From a virus, in IMG/VR virus record IMGVR_UViG_3300028384_000991, positions 1-64,000 of that record: a stretch of 64,000 nt of DNA; one strand, given 5' to 3'. Shown in pieces: positions 1 to 9,103 of this stretch (position 1 is its first letter; the number at the start of each line of letters is the position of its first letter). The notes under the pieces are model-generated. The model saw only the letters and a program-made list of their open reading frames with translations, was not told the DNA's origin and did no database searches. The position numbers were made by a program, and so were the translations under genes.

Positions 1-380
1 TCATCACCTTCTGGTGTTAATTCTGTTGGAATTTCTTCAGCAACTTCTTCGTCTGATGCTTCGTCAACTTCTTCGTCTTTTGTTTCGTCAACTTCTTCAT
101 CTTTTGCTTCGTCTACTTCCTCGTCTTTTGACTCGTCAGTTTTTTCGTCTTCATCAGTTGCTTCGTTAGTTTCTTCGTCATCATTTTTTGATGCTTCATC
201 TACTTCTTCGTCCTTGTCAGACTCTTTAACATCTAAGTCTTCCATGTCATCTTCAAGTAGATTTTCATAAATTGTTCTTGATTTTTCAACTACGATCTCG
301 TGGAACAGTTCTTCTGCACCTTTGCGATCTTCGTTAACTAATTTTTCGAGCATTTCCTCGAATTTGTTACGATCTGCCAT
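1..380 (-). CDS. Prohead core/scaffold-like protein (5' part; runs off the window start)
   Basis: ATG at 380 with AGGAGG SD and TAAATA (432-427) upstream. Translates MADRNKFEEMLEKLVNEDRKGAEELFHEIVVEKSRTIYENLLE followed by a very acidic repeat. Lies downstream of the portal, like T4 gp67/gp68 core genes. Not in the ORF track because it is truncated. Confidence 0.65.
   Translation of the reverse strand, partial: MADRNKFEEMLEKLVNEDRKGAEELFHEIVVEKSRTIYENLLEDDMEDLDVKESDKDEEVDEASKNDDEETNEATDEDEKTDESKDEEVDEAKDEEVDETKDEEVDEASDEEVAEEIPTELTPEGD
33..128 (-). repeat. Four tandem 24-nt coding repeats (KDEEVDEA / KDEEVDET / KDEEVDEA / SDEEVAEE)
   Basis: Direct translation of the minus strand; degenerate copies continue upstream to ~225. 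Confidence 0.85.
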
Positions 381-426
381 TTTGGTACCTCCTGTAATGT
401 TTTATATATGGTAAGGCTGTCAATAA

Positions 427-432
427 TATTTA
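427..432 (-). promoter_or_regulatory. Late-promoter-like TAAATA for the scaffold gene
   Basis: Core of T4 late consensus TATAAATA; the same hexamer precedes most structural gene starts in the window. Confidence 0.6.
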
Positions 433-496
433 CATATAATTGGAAATATACGCGGAAAACAGGCTCAAAACGCAGGATTTTGAAACCCGAATGTGA

Positions 497-1093
497 TTAG
501 TTGAAGTTTCTTTTGAACTCTTCAACTGTAATATGTGTTAGGTTTGAGAATTTTTGTAAACTTTTAGGTACGAAAATATCTCCTTCTTCTACTACTCTTA
601 TATATCTTTTTTTGCTATTTCTTTGCAATATAATGCCAACTTGGCGTTCCCAGTTACCAAAGTATGTTGCAGGATCTGTTGGTCTTTTGTAGTTAAAAGT
701 GCCTGCATATAGGTTATTTACAAGGTCTCCTGCTTTACCTGTACCTGTAGTTCCTTTAAAATCAAACCCTAAAATATACATTGTTTCATTGCCGTGTTCT
801 GTTGCTAAGTCCAATGCTGTAGGACCCGAACTCCATCCTTTAGACGGATTTAGAATTTTAAGATTTTGTATATCTGCAAACATTTTATTGTGGTTTGTAT
901 ATACTTTATGTGTCTTTTGCCAGCCTGTTTTTGCTATTTCTAATATCATTTTAGCATCAACAGCAACAAGATGATCAGGTTCAAACTCTCTGTAAAGAGC
1001 GTTACAACCGTAAATTTGTCCGATGTTTTTTAAGGGGTGTAAGTCTATTGGTCTTCTGCTGGTTCCGTTACCAACAACAAATGCTGTAGACAC
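497..1093 (-). CDS. Maf/DUF115-like (sialyltransferase-related Rossmann-fold) sugar transferase
   Basis: Motifs VVGNGTSR, GCNALY, VAVD, SSGPTAL..A...G, YILGFD typical of the Maf_flag10/DUF115/GT29-like fold. Confidence 0.6.
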   Translation of the reverse strand: MSTAFVVGNGTSRRPIDLHPLKNIGQIYGCNALYREFEPDHLVAVDAKMILEIAKTGWQKTHKVYTNHNKMFADIQNLKILNPSKGWSSGPTALDLATEHGNETMYILGFDFKGTTGTGKAGDLVNNLYAGTFNYKRPTDPATYFGNWERQVGIILQRNSKKRYIRVVEEGDIFVPKSLQKFSNLTHITVEEFKRNFN

Positions 1094-1106
1094 TTGTTAA
1101 ACTCCG

Positions 1107-1346
1107 TTATACTTCAGGTTGTGATGCAATCCCGTACATCTGTCTTACAAAATGAAGTTCTTTTTGATTTTCTTCATTGTGAAATTCTGATGCTCTACGT
1201 GCTTTATTGATCTGACGGAGTGTTAGTCTTGTTTTGCGAGTATCATCTACTTTGATTACAGACTCATCATCTTGCGGATCGTAGGACTTGTCCTCGACCG
1301 GCTCTAAAGTTTCTTTGTCAAAATAAAATAATTCTCTCAATATCAT
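1107..1346 (-). CDS. Small head-region hypothetical protein
   Basis: 79-aa ORF directly downstream of the portal gene, with its own TAAATA-N5-ATG start. Confidence 0.7.
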   Translation of the reverse strand: MILRELFYFDKETLEPVEDKSYDPQDDESVIKVDDTRKTRLTLRQINKARRASEFHNEENQKELHFVRQMYGIASQPEV

Positions 1347-1351
1347 ATTAC

Positions 1352-1357
1352 TATTTA
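1352..1357 (-). promoter_or_regulatory. Late promoter TAAATA, 5 nt before ATG (leaderless candidate)
   Basis: Minus strand reads TAAATA gtaat ATG; no SD. Confidence 0.6.
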
Positions 1358-1360
1358 GTC

Positions 1361-3121
1361 CTATTGTGCTGGAGGTGCTTCTCCACCGCCTGCTGGTGGT
1401 GCACCTGTTGTTGTATCAGGTGCCGCGCCTGTACCGCCATCAACTGGTGCTGGTTCTGCTTCAGGATCAACGTCTTCCATGCCGCCCATGTCTGCATCCA
1501 TTCCTGCACCACTAATACCAACGCCACGCATTTCGCCTGCGGCATCAGTTGGTAATGGTTTTAGATTTTCATCATTTTCTTCACGCCACATACGTTCGTT
1601 CTCTGCAATCTCTTCTTCTGTTAAACCCAAGAAACGTTTCATTGCATAACGATTTGATAAAAACGGAATTGCTTGGATTTGTGTAAATGTTGGAATACGT
1701 ACATTATCAAGTTCACTTTGTCTGTAACTTGCAAAGTTCATAGGTGGTTCAATCTTAAGATCAAACATACTAATATCAATATTAACACCTTTTTCTAACA
1801 AATAACGTTTAAATTCTTGGTTAAATTCTTCTGTAACAAGGTTTTGTAAACGTTCACAGTACTTGTTAAAGCGTAGTTCTTGAATGTATGCTGTACCAAC
1901 TCTACCATCGTTGTATTGACTTTGTCCTTCATCCTGTGCCGCACTTGGTAAGTATGAACTTGGAATACGTAAACCTCTAATAAGTTTATTAGTAAAGTAT
2001 TTTAAATCATCAATTTCACCTAAGTTAGTACCACCAGGTAGTGTTTCAACTTTAGATCCACGTCCTTCTGCTGTTTGTGGAAAGAAATAGTCTTCGTTAG
2101 TTGATAATGGATTGTACGCACTATCAATAACACTTGTTGAACCGCCCGATGCACTTGGAATACGTCTTTGATGAATTTCTGTTTTAACACGCTCAACAAA
2201 TTGCATTGCCAAGTGTGATGGCATATTACCTACATCAATATAGAACACACGTCTTTCTGGTGCTCTCTGTGTACGATAAATGATAATAGCATCTTCAAGT
2301 AATTCTTTTTGTTTGTAAACTTTAAAAATTGATTCTAACAGTGAATTACCAAATGGATAGTTGTTGTCTAAACCTTCTGATAGTGATAGGTGTACAACGT
2401 GTTCTGCATCAATTGCAAATTCTCTTTGTCCTGTTTGGAATCTTGAACCTGCCTGTGAAGTTCCAGTATTTCCTACCATACCCTGTGCGCCACCACTTTG
2501 ATAACCTGTAGAAGGTTGTGAAGCGCCGCCGCCTGTTACATTTCCTGATGTAACATATGGGTCAGTGATTACTTGATCTCTAAAGTTAAAATTAATATCT
2601 TTAATGATATACTGTTCTGGTTTTTTACCTTCTGATTCATTTACAATAATACGAGAAACTTTTGCAGGATCAATGTAATACCATTTTTTAGTTTCTGGAT
2701 CTCTTACAAAGAATGCATCTCCGTATTTGAATACATTACGTAAGATACGAAACATCTTAGTATCAAACTTTTGTAACTTGCTCCATTGCTGTAGGTATTG
2801 ACTTAATATTTTAACTTCTGTGTTTGTTGCTTTACTATTAAAGTGTAAATTAAAACTTGTGTGATTAGCAGGATTTTTTTGAGAACAAAACTCTGCAAGA
2901 ATATCCAAAGCCGCATTGACTTCAGAGTCGTTATCCATTACATTATATTGACCATAGCGTTCAACACGATTTGGTGAACCTACGTATACGTCTGGAAGAT
3001 ATGATGAATAATTAGAACGGGCAGGACCTGGTTCTGCGCCGCCTCGTCCACTAAATGGACTCATTGTACCCATGCTGTTATCAGCAGTTGGTACATTAGT
3101 AAAGTATCTTTTCCAACTCAT
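1361..3121 (-). CDS. gp20: Portal vertex protein (T4 gp20-like)
   Basis: Hallmark motifs LLEDAIIIYRTQRAPERRVFYIDVGNMP, EDYFFP, GRGSKVETLPGGTNLGEIDDLKYF, ELRFNKYCERLQ. Confidence 0.95.
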   Translation of the reverse strand: MSWKRYFTNVPTADNSMGTMSPFSGRGGAEPGPARSNYSSYLPDVYVGSPNRVERYGQYNVMDNDSEVNAALDILAEFCSQKNPANHTSFNLHFNSKATNTEVKILSQYLQQWSKLQKFDTKMFRILRNVFKYGDAFFVRDPETKKWYYIDPAKVSRIIVNESEGKKPEQYIIKDINFNFRDQVITDPYVTSGNVTGGGASQPSTGYQSGGAQGMVGNTGTSQAGSRFQTGQREFAIDAEHVVHLSLSEGLDNNYPFGNSLLESIFKVYKQKELLEDAIIIYRTQRAPERRVFYIDVGNMPSHLAMQFVERVKTEIHQRRIPSASGGSTSVIDSAYNPLSTNEDYFFPQTAEGRGSKVETLPGGTNLGEIDDLKYFTNKLIRGLRIPSSYLPSAAQDEGQSQYNDGRVGTAYIQELRFNKYCERLQNLVTEEFNQEFKRYLLEKGVNIDISMFDLKIEPPMNFASYRQSELDNVRIPTFTQIQAIPFLSNRYAMKRFLGLTEEEIAENERMWREENDENLKPLPTDAAGEMRGVGISGAGMDADMGGMEDVDPEAEPAPVDGGTGAAPDTTTGAPPAGGGEAPPAQ

Positions 3122-3124
3122 ATC

Positions 3125-5587
3125 TTATCCTAATCCTTTCAACAAGTTACCTTGTAATCCTTTAATAGCAGATAACTGTGCTTTAAGAAGTCTATTTTGT
3201 TCATATAATAATTCAGCAACAGCACTACTCATGTCGCCGCCCATAGTATTTACATCGGCGGTTGCCATCGCTCCGTCTTTTCCGGCAATAGCCTGAGTCA
3301 ATGCAGGATCCATTTTTTCTACTTCTGTGGGCGACGGCATCATAGCAGTTGTAACTTGATCTGGACTGTAACCTGCTAATTTACGTTTTTCGTCTTCAGT
3401 AAGTGGAATTCCTGTAACTTCTGATTTGGTTTCGGCAATTTTTTTCTCTGCTTCGTCTTCGTCATCGTCACCACCAAACCAACTAAATGGATTCAATGCT
3501 TTAATTTTACCCCAAATCCAATCTACAGTCTCACCAATCCATCCAAACATTCCACTGATAACATTGTATATTGTATTAATTGGAGTTTTAACCTTGTCAT
3601 AGATCCAAGAAAATATATCTCCAATCCAACCAAACATAGTTCCTATTACACTCCATAAGCCGCTGACTATTGGTTCTACTTTACCCCATATCCATTTAAA
3701 CATATCACCTATTTTTTCAAAAACAAAGAACATCATATCTAATGCTTCACCTACCCAACTTTTGATTGTTTCCCAACCAAAGATTGCCGCCAGTGCTAAA
3801 CCAATTGCAAGGAATGGTGCTATAATTGGACCCACTATGGCTCCTACAATAGTGCCTAACAATCCAACAACGAGTTTGGTTACAACTATTCCTGCTAAGG
3901 CTCCGATAGTACCAGCAATTAATTTTCCAATGTGTTTAGTAAAGAAATCTCCAAACCAACTTCCAAAAATTGTACCAATCTTTTCCATCGCTCTTGACAA
4001 TGCTGGAGCAAGTTTTTCTTCCCAGATTGTTGAAAAGAATTTACCCAAATCACCATCAGCCGCTTTCCAAGCATCTTTCAAGAACCCTGCAAACTCGTCA
4101 ATATATACAAGGGCATCTTCCATTACCTTGCCAATAGAATCTGTTAAACCTTCACCGTTATCAGTAAACCATTTAAGTAAATCACCAAACTTGTCGCCTA
4201 ATTTATCAAGAACACCGCTGTCGAGCAAGGCTTTCATAATTTTTGATCTAATCTCAGCAATCTTTGTTTCAAAGTTTGCAAGTTGGCTGGTCATCTTGTC
4301 GCGTTCTTTTTGTTCTTCTTCCATTTTTTTGAAATCAGCATTTCGATACTTGGTAGAGAACTTGTTATATTCTGCCATACCGCTCATCATTTCGCCAAAG
4401 CCGTCTTTGCCCATTAATGATTGAACCATAGCAGGATCCATCGATTTAACAAAGTCGTTAATCTGTGGACCAAACGCCGCCATCTTCTTGGCATATTCTT
4501 CTTGGCTTAAACTACCGTTGGCCATTTGTACTTGCAAGTCTTGGAATCCTGGAATTGTTGCCGCAAGTTTTTGTGCAAGTGGTGTTTGTGCTACACCGTC
4601 TGCCATGTCTTTGATTGCGTTACTAAAGCCAGGAAGTTCTGAATCCACAAACGCAATATTACTTTGAAAGTTTTCTAAAGCCTTACCTGACAGTTTACTT
4701 GCCATAACTTGTACGTTTGCTTCTGCCGCTTGTTTCTTAAGTAATGCTTCTGCTTCTTTACGTGATTTACCTGTAACTTTTGCAAGTCTGTCAATCTGCA
4801 TTAAGTAATCTTCAGAACCTTTTCTAAGTTCTGCTTGACTCATGCCAGATAGTCTGCCTTGCATTGCTAACTGATCCATGTATTCTACAGTGTGTTCGTT
4901 AAGAGCCTCAAAAGTAAAACCCATGCCTTGGAAATCTTTGTTACTATTTCTTATCTGTCTTGTTAGTAATCCAAACTGTTTTGCACCTTCTGTAGTTGTG
5001 CCTCCTAACAACATCATGTTTTGTGAATTTTGTCCTACAAATTCTGTAAACTGTGCTACACCCATACCAGCATCAGTTGCCGCTCTGGTTAATCCTAAAA
5101 CGCTGTTACCAAAACCTGCACCAACTTCTGATAAGTCTCTAAAATTATCAACCTGTCCTTCTAACATACTTGTTAATCCACCAAGTGCATTTCCAACAAT
5201 AGGAATATGCTGAAGAAAGTCTGACATTCTGTTACCGCCGGAAATTAATTCCATTGCTAACCCTTGGGCACTTGTAGCGGCCATTCCAAATGCGCCGCTA
5301 ACCATACCGCCTATCAGTTTTAGACCATTTCCAAAATCTTGTAGTGCAGTTGTTGTGTTGTTTATTTCGTCAGTGTATTTTCCTGTGCTTTTTGTTGCTT
5401 TTTGCATAATGCCAGCAAAACCGCCTTGTGCGCCGCCGCCTGCGCCACCTCCGGCACCGCCTGCGCCGCCGCCAGAACTACTCCCCTTGCCTTGTAAGGC
5501 ACGAAGTATTTCCTTCATTGTTGATTCTTCGGCCGCGTTTTTTGCTTCTACGACTCCAAACCCTGGTATATCTACCTGAACTGCCAT
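3125..5587 (-). CDS. Tape-measure-like protein
   Basis: 820 aa, helical and Ala/Gly/Gln-rich; long hydrophobic stretch (LIAGTIGALAGIVV...LALAAIFGW); ~11-residue Trp/Phe periodic repeats (FGWIGDIFSWIYDKV, FGWIGETVDWIWGKI); adjacent to gp26/gp51-like genes. Confidence 0.7.
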   Translation of the reverse strand: MAVQVDIPGFGVVEAKNAAEESTMKEILRALQGKGSSSGGGAGGAGGGAGGGAQGGFAGIMQKATKSTGKYTDEINNTTTALQDFGNGLKLIGGMVSGAFGMAATSAQGLAMELISGGNRMSDFLQHIPIVGNALGGLTSMLEGQVDNFRDLSEVGAGFGNSVLGLTRAATDAGMGVAQFTEFVGQNSQNMMLLGGTTTEGAKQFGLLTRQIRNSNKDFQGMGFTFEALNEHTVEYMDQLAMQGRLSGMSQAELRKGSEDYLMQIDRLAKVTGKSRKEAEALLKKQAAEANVQVMASKLSGKALENFQSNIAFVDSELPGFSNAIKDMADGVAQTPLAQKLAATIPGFQDLQVQMANGSLSQEEYAKKMAAFGPQINDFVKSMDPAMVQSLMGKDGFGEMMSGMAEYNKFSTKYRNADFKKMEEEQKERDKMTSQLANFETKIAEIRSKIMKALLDSGVLDKLGDKFGDLLKWFTDNGEGLTDSIGKVMEDALVYIDEFAGFLKDAWKAADGDLGKFFSTIWEEKLAPALSRAMEKIGTIFGSWFGDFFTKHIGKLIAGTIGALAGIVVTKLVVGLLGTIVGAIVGPIIAPFLAIGLALAAIFGWETIKSWVGEALDMMFFVFEKIGDMFKWIWGKVEPIVSGLWSVIGTMFGWIGDIFSWIYDKVKTPINTIYNVISGMFGWIGETVDWIWGKIKALNPFSWFGGDDDEDEAEKKIAETKSEVTGIPLTEDEKRKLAGYSPDQVTTAMMPSPTEVEKMDPALTQAIAGKDGAMATADVNTMGGDMSSAVAELLYEQNRLLKAQLSAIKGLQGNLLKGLG

Positions 5588-5588
5588 T

Positions 5589-5601
5589 AATTAAGTACTC
5601 A
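5589..5601 (+). promoter_or_regulatory. 13-nt motif AATTAAGTACTCA (copy 1)
   Basis: Identical to 20750-20762 and at the same distance from a downstream TAAATA. Confidence 0.5.
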
Positions 5602-5614
5602 CTTTATTATACAC

Positions 5615-5641
5615 TATAAATATATGTGCTAATACTATTTA
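5615..5641. promoter_or_regulatory. Face-to-face late promoters: TATAAATA (+, 5615-5622) and TAAATA (-, 5641-5636)
   Basis: Perfect T4 late consensus on +, hexamer on -, in the 67-bp gap between divergent genes. Confidence 0.65.
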
Positions 5642-5654
5642 GCAGGAGAAAAAA

Positions 5655-6554
5655 ATGGCAGAAAATAATACACCACGAGGCCCTATACCAATTCAGCCTC
5701 AAGGTCAAAACCCGCTGGCAAAACACTTTAGACAGCCTAAGATCTATCTTAGATTGCCTACAGGCGGCAAGTACTGGCCGGAAGGTTCAATTGATATGCC
5801 TGAAAACGGTGAGTTGCCAGTCTATTCAATGACCGCAAAAGACGAATTGGTCTTGAAAACTCCAGACGCACTTATTAACGGTCAATCAACTGTTAATATG
5901 ATTAAGAGTTGTATTCCAGCAATTAAAGATGGTTTTGCAATTCCAAGTTTGGATCTTGATGCAATCCTTGTTGCAATTAGAATTGCAACCTACGGAGAAA
6001 CATTAACAATTAGTACTGAAATTCCAAATACAAAGATTGAAAAAGAATATCAGGTTAACTTAGTTGAACTTTTAGATACTATGCAAACAAGAGTGTGGGA
6101 AGACCGCATTCATAGTCATGGTTTTACATTTGTGTTAAGGCCAAGTAACTATCTACAGTTTACCCAAGCGGCTTTAAAAGCATTTGAAGAACAGAGGATG
6201 GTTAAATCAATTGACGACTCTGAACTTAATGAAGAAGAAAAGTTAGCGAAGTTTAATGTTAGTTTTCAAAAACTAACACAACACAACTTAGAGATGGTTG
6301 TTCAACAGGTTGTTAGTGTACAGTTTCAAAATGAAGAACCAGTTACCAATGTAAATCATATTAGAGATTTCTTTGAAGGAACAGATGGTGAAATTTTTGA
6401 GGCTGTAAAAGAACATCTTGAAAAAATGAAGAACGAGTTTAACATCAAGCCACTTACAGTGATTACTGATGAAGAGGAACGTAAAGCAGGTGCTCCAGAA
6501 AAATTTGAAGTACCTATCTCGTTTGATCAATCAAATTTTTTCGCACGTCGATAG
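5655..6554 (+). CDS. gp26: Baseplate hub assembly chaperone (T4 gp26-like)
   Basis: NPL..HFRQPKIYLRLPTGG, MTAKDELVLKTPDAL.NG, DLDAILVAIRIATYGE motifs; AGGAG SD; ends in ..NFF. Confidence 0.75.
   Translation: MAENNTPRGPIPIQPQGQNPLAKHFRQPKIYLRLPTGGKYWPEGSIDMPENGELPVYSMTAKDELVLKTPDALINGQSTVNMIKSCIPAIKDGFAIPSLDLDAILVAIRIATYGETLTISTEIPNTKIEKEYQVNLVELLDTMQTRVWEDRIHSHGFTFVLRPSNYLQFTQAALKAFEEQRMVKSIDDSELNEEEKLAKFNVSFQKLTQHNLEMVVQQVVSVQFQNEEPVTNVNHIRDFFEGTDGEIFEAVKEHLEKMKNEFNIKPLTVITDEEERKAGAPEKFEVPISFDQSNFFARR
6533..6542 (+). other. Putative -1 ribosomal frameshift site (overlapping A_AAT_TTT and T_TTT_TTC heptamers)
   Basis: Both heptamers fit X_XXY_YYZ in the gp26 frame, 4 codons before its stop; the -1 frame is open 6527-6772. 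Confidence 0.65.
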
Positions 6555-6772
6555 CACGTCTGCCTCTTGACCAAATCTTAAAGGAAACTAAACGCCTTGA
6601 AGATGAGTCTAAGCAAATCAAACATGACCTTCTAAAAATTGTTTGGTATATGCGAGGCGGCGTAACATTGACTGAAGCATATGAATTTGGTCCAGAAGAT
6701 CGTGAAATTGTAAAAAAAGTTATCGACGATAATCTTGAAACAACTAAGAAATCAGGACTACCATTCTTTTAA
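6551..6772 (+). CDS. gp51-like hub assembly catalyst domain, in the -1 frame relative to gp26
   Basis: Reads IARLPLDQILKETKRLEDESKQIKHDLLKIVWYMRGGVTLTEAYEFGPEDREIVKKVIDDNLETTKKSGLPFF*. It fills the gap exactly; the only in-frame ATG (6650) is mid-domain. Missed by the ORF track. Confidence 0.7.
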   Translation: MARLPLDQILKETKRLEDESKQIKHDLLKIVWYMRGGVTLTEAYEFGPEDREIVKKVIDDNLETTKKSGLPFF

Positions 6773-7045
6773 TTACTGAATGGTAGCGCCTTGTTTTGAA
6801 GTGTCTTGGAATCTTGTTCCTGCTTTCGCACCGCTCGGTGCTGGTGCAGTTGCCGCTGTTGCCGCTTTCGATTTTAATTGTTTTGTTACTTGAGCATCTT
6901 TAGTTTTTGCTTTAACACCTGGTGATGTTAGTTGATCTTTAACAAGTTTAGCAACATTTGCTTTTTGAATTTCTTTAGCAAGTTCTTCAAGATCTGGTCT
7001 ACCAAGTCCTGGTGAGTCAGCACTTGCGGCTTTTGCTGTTTGCAT
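6773..7045 (-). CDS. Ala/Lys-rich ORF, probably the C-terminal fragment of 7052-9103
   Basis: Same frame as the upstream ORF, separated only by TAA ATA AAT. Confidence 0.55.
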   Translation of the reverse strand: MQTAKAASADSPGLGRPDLEELAKEIQKANVAKLVKDQLTSPGVKAKTKDAQVTKQLKSKAATAATAPAPSGAKAGTRFQDTSKQGATIQ

Positions 7046-7051
7046 ATTTAT

Positions 7052-9103
7052 TTATTGTATTCGTATACAAATTTGATCTACACCATTTGACTGTCTAATA
7101 AGTCCAATGTTGCGTCCGTCTCTATCTGCTTCAATTGGTCCATCCATTGCAGGATTTTTATCTACAAGTGCGGCATCTTTCTTAACCCACTTAGCAATTT
7201 CGTCTTTAGAAGCACGTCTTTCGCCTTTTGCTCCAGCAGTAGCGCCACCGCTTTGACCACCGCTTGTTGACGCTGTATCCGCTTTAGAACCGCCATCTGC
7301 GCCTGCTTTAGTATCTGTGCCACCTTGTGCGTTATCTTGTGCACCTGTGCCACCTTGTGCTGTTGCTGTATCACCACCTTCTGGTGCTCCTGCATCTGCT
7401 CCTGCATCTGCTTTTGGTGCTGTTGATGACGCTGGTAAATCTACTTTTTTCTCTTGTGCAAGTGCTGAAATATCATCGTTTGTCATTCCTGCGTCTGCAA
7501 GAATGTTTGAAATACTTCCTGCGTCTGTAGGTTCGCCTGCCGCTTTCCATGCTTTGTTAAGTTTGTTTGCAGTTACTTTGTTTCCGATATCCTTAGCGGC
7601 TTGTTTAACGCCTGCGGCCGCTTTGCCTGCCGCACCTTTTACTGCTCCACCTACTTTACTTGCAAGATTGCCTAAACCTTTTTTAAGTTTTGCACCTGCT
7701 GTGTTAGGATTGTCTAATGGTAATTCTTGTTGTGCCGGATCTGCTTCTGCAATATATTGTTCTAACAAATATTTGTATGATGTTTCGTAGTCAATTGACT
7801 CAGTACCACGCACTGCAACTTTATCATCTGCTGGAGCATCTTCTCCACCTTTTAAACTTAATTCAAGTTGTTTCTTTTCTTCCGGATCAATCGGTTTAGC
7901 ATTAACCTTGTTCTTTGCATTGTCGTCGACTGTTGCAAGAGCACCTTGTGCCGCGGCCGCCGCGCCACCGCCTACGTCCATAATCTTTTCAATTGCCGCA
8001 TCAGCATTGTCAAGTACCGCAATAGCCGCATCAAGTTGATCGCCTGTTAGCATATCTCTTGGAATATCTGCTACTGTTTTTGCAAGAGCAGTTAGACTTT
8101 CATTTTGATCTTGTGTCGCTGATAAAAATCCGTGTAATTCTCCTGCCGCTTTGTAGTATTCTGGGCTAAATGCTTCTGCACTCGCCGCCGCATCGGACAA
8201 TGCTTTGTATTGTGCAACTTGATCAGCAGTCATTGTTAAATCGTAGTTGTAATTAAATGCATTAATATTACCGGTCATTTGTAAGTTTTGAGCACCATCA
8301 AGTACGCCTGCTTCAAATCCTGCATCTGCTACTGCTTTATCTACTGCCGCAGTGAAGTTGGCTTTTTGGAATTGATCCATCATAGCATCTGCTTCTGCTT
8401 CACTACCCATTGCAATGTTATCAACCATGTTGTCAGTTAAGCCTTGAATTGCTAAACCAGCAAGAGCACCATATGCCGCTGTTTTAACTGACTTACCAAC
8501 TGCTGTTGATAATTTCTCGCCTTGTAGTAAATCTTTTGAAGCACGTAGTATCAAACCAGCCGCGGCACCACCTGCAGGACCACCTGCAAACGCCGCAATG
8601 GTTGTTAAGATACCTACAGCAATACTTGCCTTGCCTGGATTTTCTTTTGCCCAGTCACTTACTTTTTGTATGCCTTGTACAATTTTTGAATCTGAATTTT
8701 CTGCACTAATTTTCTTTTTAAGTTCTTCAAACTTAGCATCTGCATTTTTAACTGGTCCAGCGTTTTGTGCAAGTCTACCAAGTTCGTTGATTTTAGCATC
8801 AACCTTCTTGGCAATGTCAACTGGAAGTTTTGCGGCCGCCGCCACACCCGAACCTACTTTGCCTGCAATGGTTTTATTGTTGCCACCGGCCATTGCACGT
8901 TCTTCAGCACCTTTGAAGATATCTTGAATTTGATCAGCAGTTAGTTCTGCTTCAGCAAGTTTTGTATACTCTTCAAGTAAAGGCCAAAGTTCACGTTCCC
9001 ATCTGTTAAGATAAATCTTTTGTGTTTCAGTTAGGTCTTGATAACCTTCTGTTAAGATTTGTGAAGTTCTATTGTTTGGTGTATTAAGTTCGTATAGTTT
9101 CAT
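7052..9103 (-). CDS. Large Ala/Gly-rich virion (probable head-internal/ejection) protein, possibly interrupted
   Basis: 683 aa; N-terminal L/I-x-E motifs; hydrophobic hairpin SIAVGILTTIAAFAGGPAGGAAAGLIL; coupled to the upstream gene by a TAATG overlap. Confidence 0.55.
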   Translation of the reverse strand: MKLYELNTPNNRTSQILTEGYQDLTETQKIYLNRWERELWPLLEEYTKLAEAELTADQIQDIFKGAEERAMAGGNNKTIAGKVGSGVAAAAKLPVDIAKKVDAKINELGRLAQNAGPVKNADAKFEELKKKISAENSDSKIVQGIQKVSDWAKENPGKASIAVGILTTIAAFAGGPAGGAAAGLILRASKDLLQGEKLSTAVGKSVKTAAYGALAGLAIQGLTDNMVDNIAMGSEAEADAMMDQFQKANFTAAVDKAVADAGFEAGVLDGAQNLQMTGNINAFNYNYDLTMTADQVAQYKALSDAAASAEAFSPEYYKAAGELHGFLSATQDQNESLTALAKTVADIPRDMLTGDQLDAAIAVLDNADAAIEKIMDVGGGAAAAAQGALATVDDNAKNKVNAKPIDPEEKKQLELSLKGGEDAPADDKVAVRGTESIDYETSYKYLLEQYIAEADPAQQELPLDNPNTAGAKLKKGLGNLASKVGGAVKGAAGKAAAGVKQAAKDIGNKVTANKLNKAWKAAGEPTDAGSISNILADAGMTNDDISALAQEKKVDLPASSTAPKADAGADAGAPEGGDTATAQGGTGAQDNAQGGTDTKAGADGGSKADTASTSGGQSGGATAGAKGERRASKDEIAKWVKKDAALVDKNPAMDGPIEADRDGRNIGLIRQSNGVDQICIRIQ

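Noticed and set aside
3762-4424. Long antisense ORFs (also 7317-7790, 40413-41042, 45173-45676 and others)
   Set aside because: Shadow frames of well-supported genes on the opposite strand
7052-7054. Stop-codon reassignment as the cause of the split gene
   Set aside because: The codon is TAA, the dominant stop in the window; TAG and TGA also end well-defined genes, and other genes are uninterrupted
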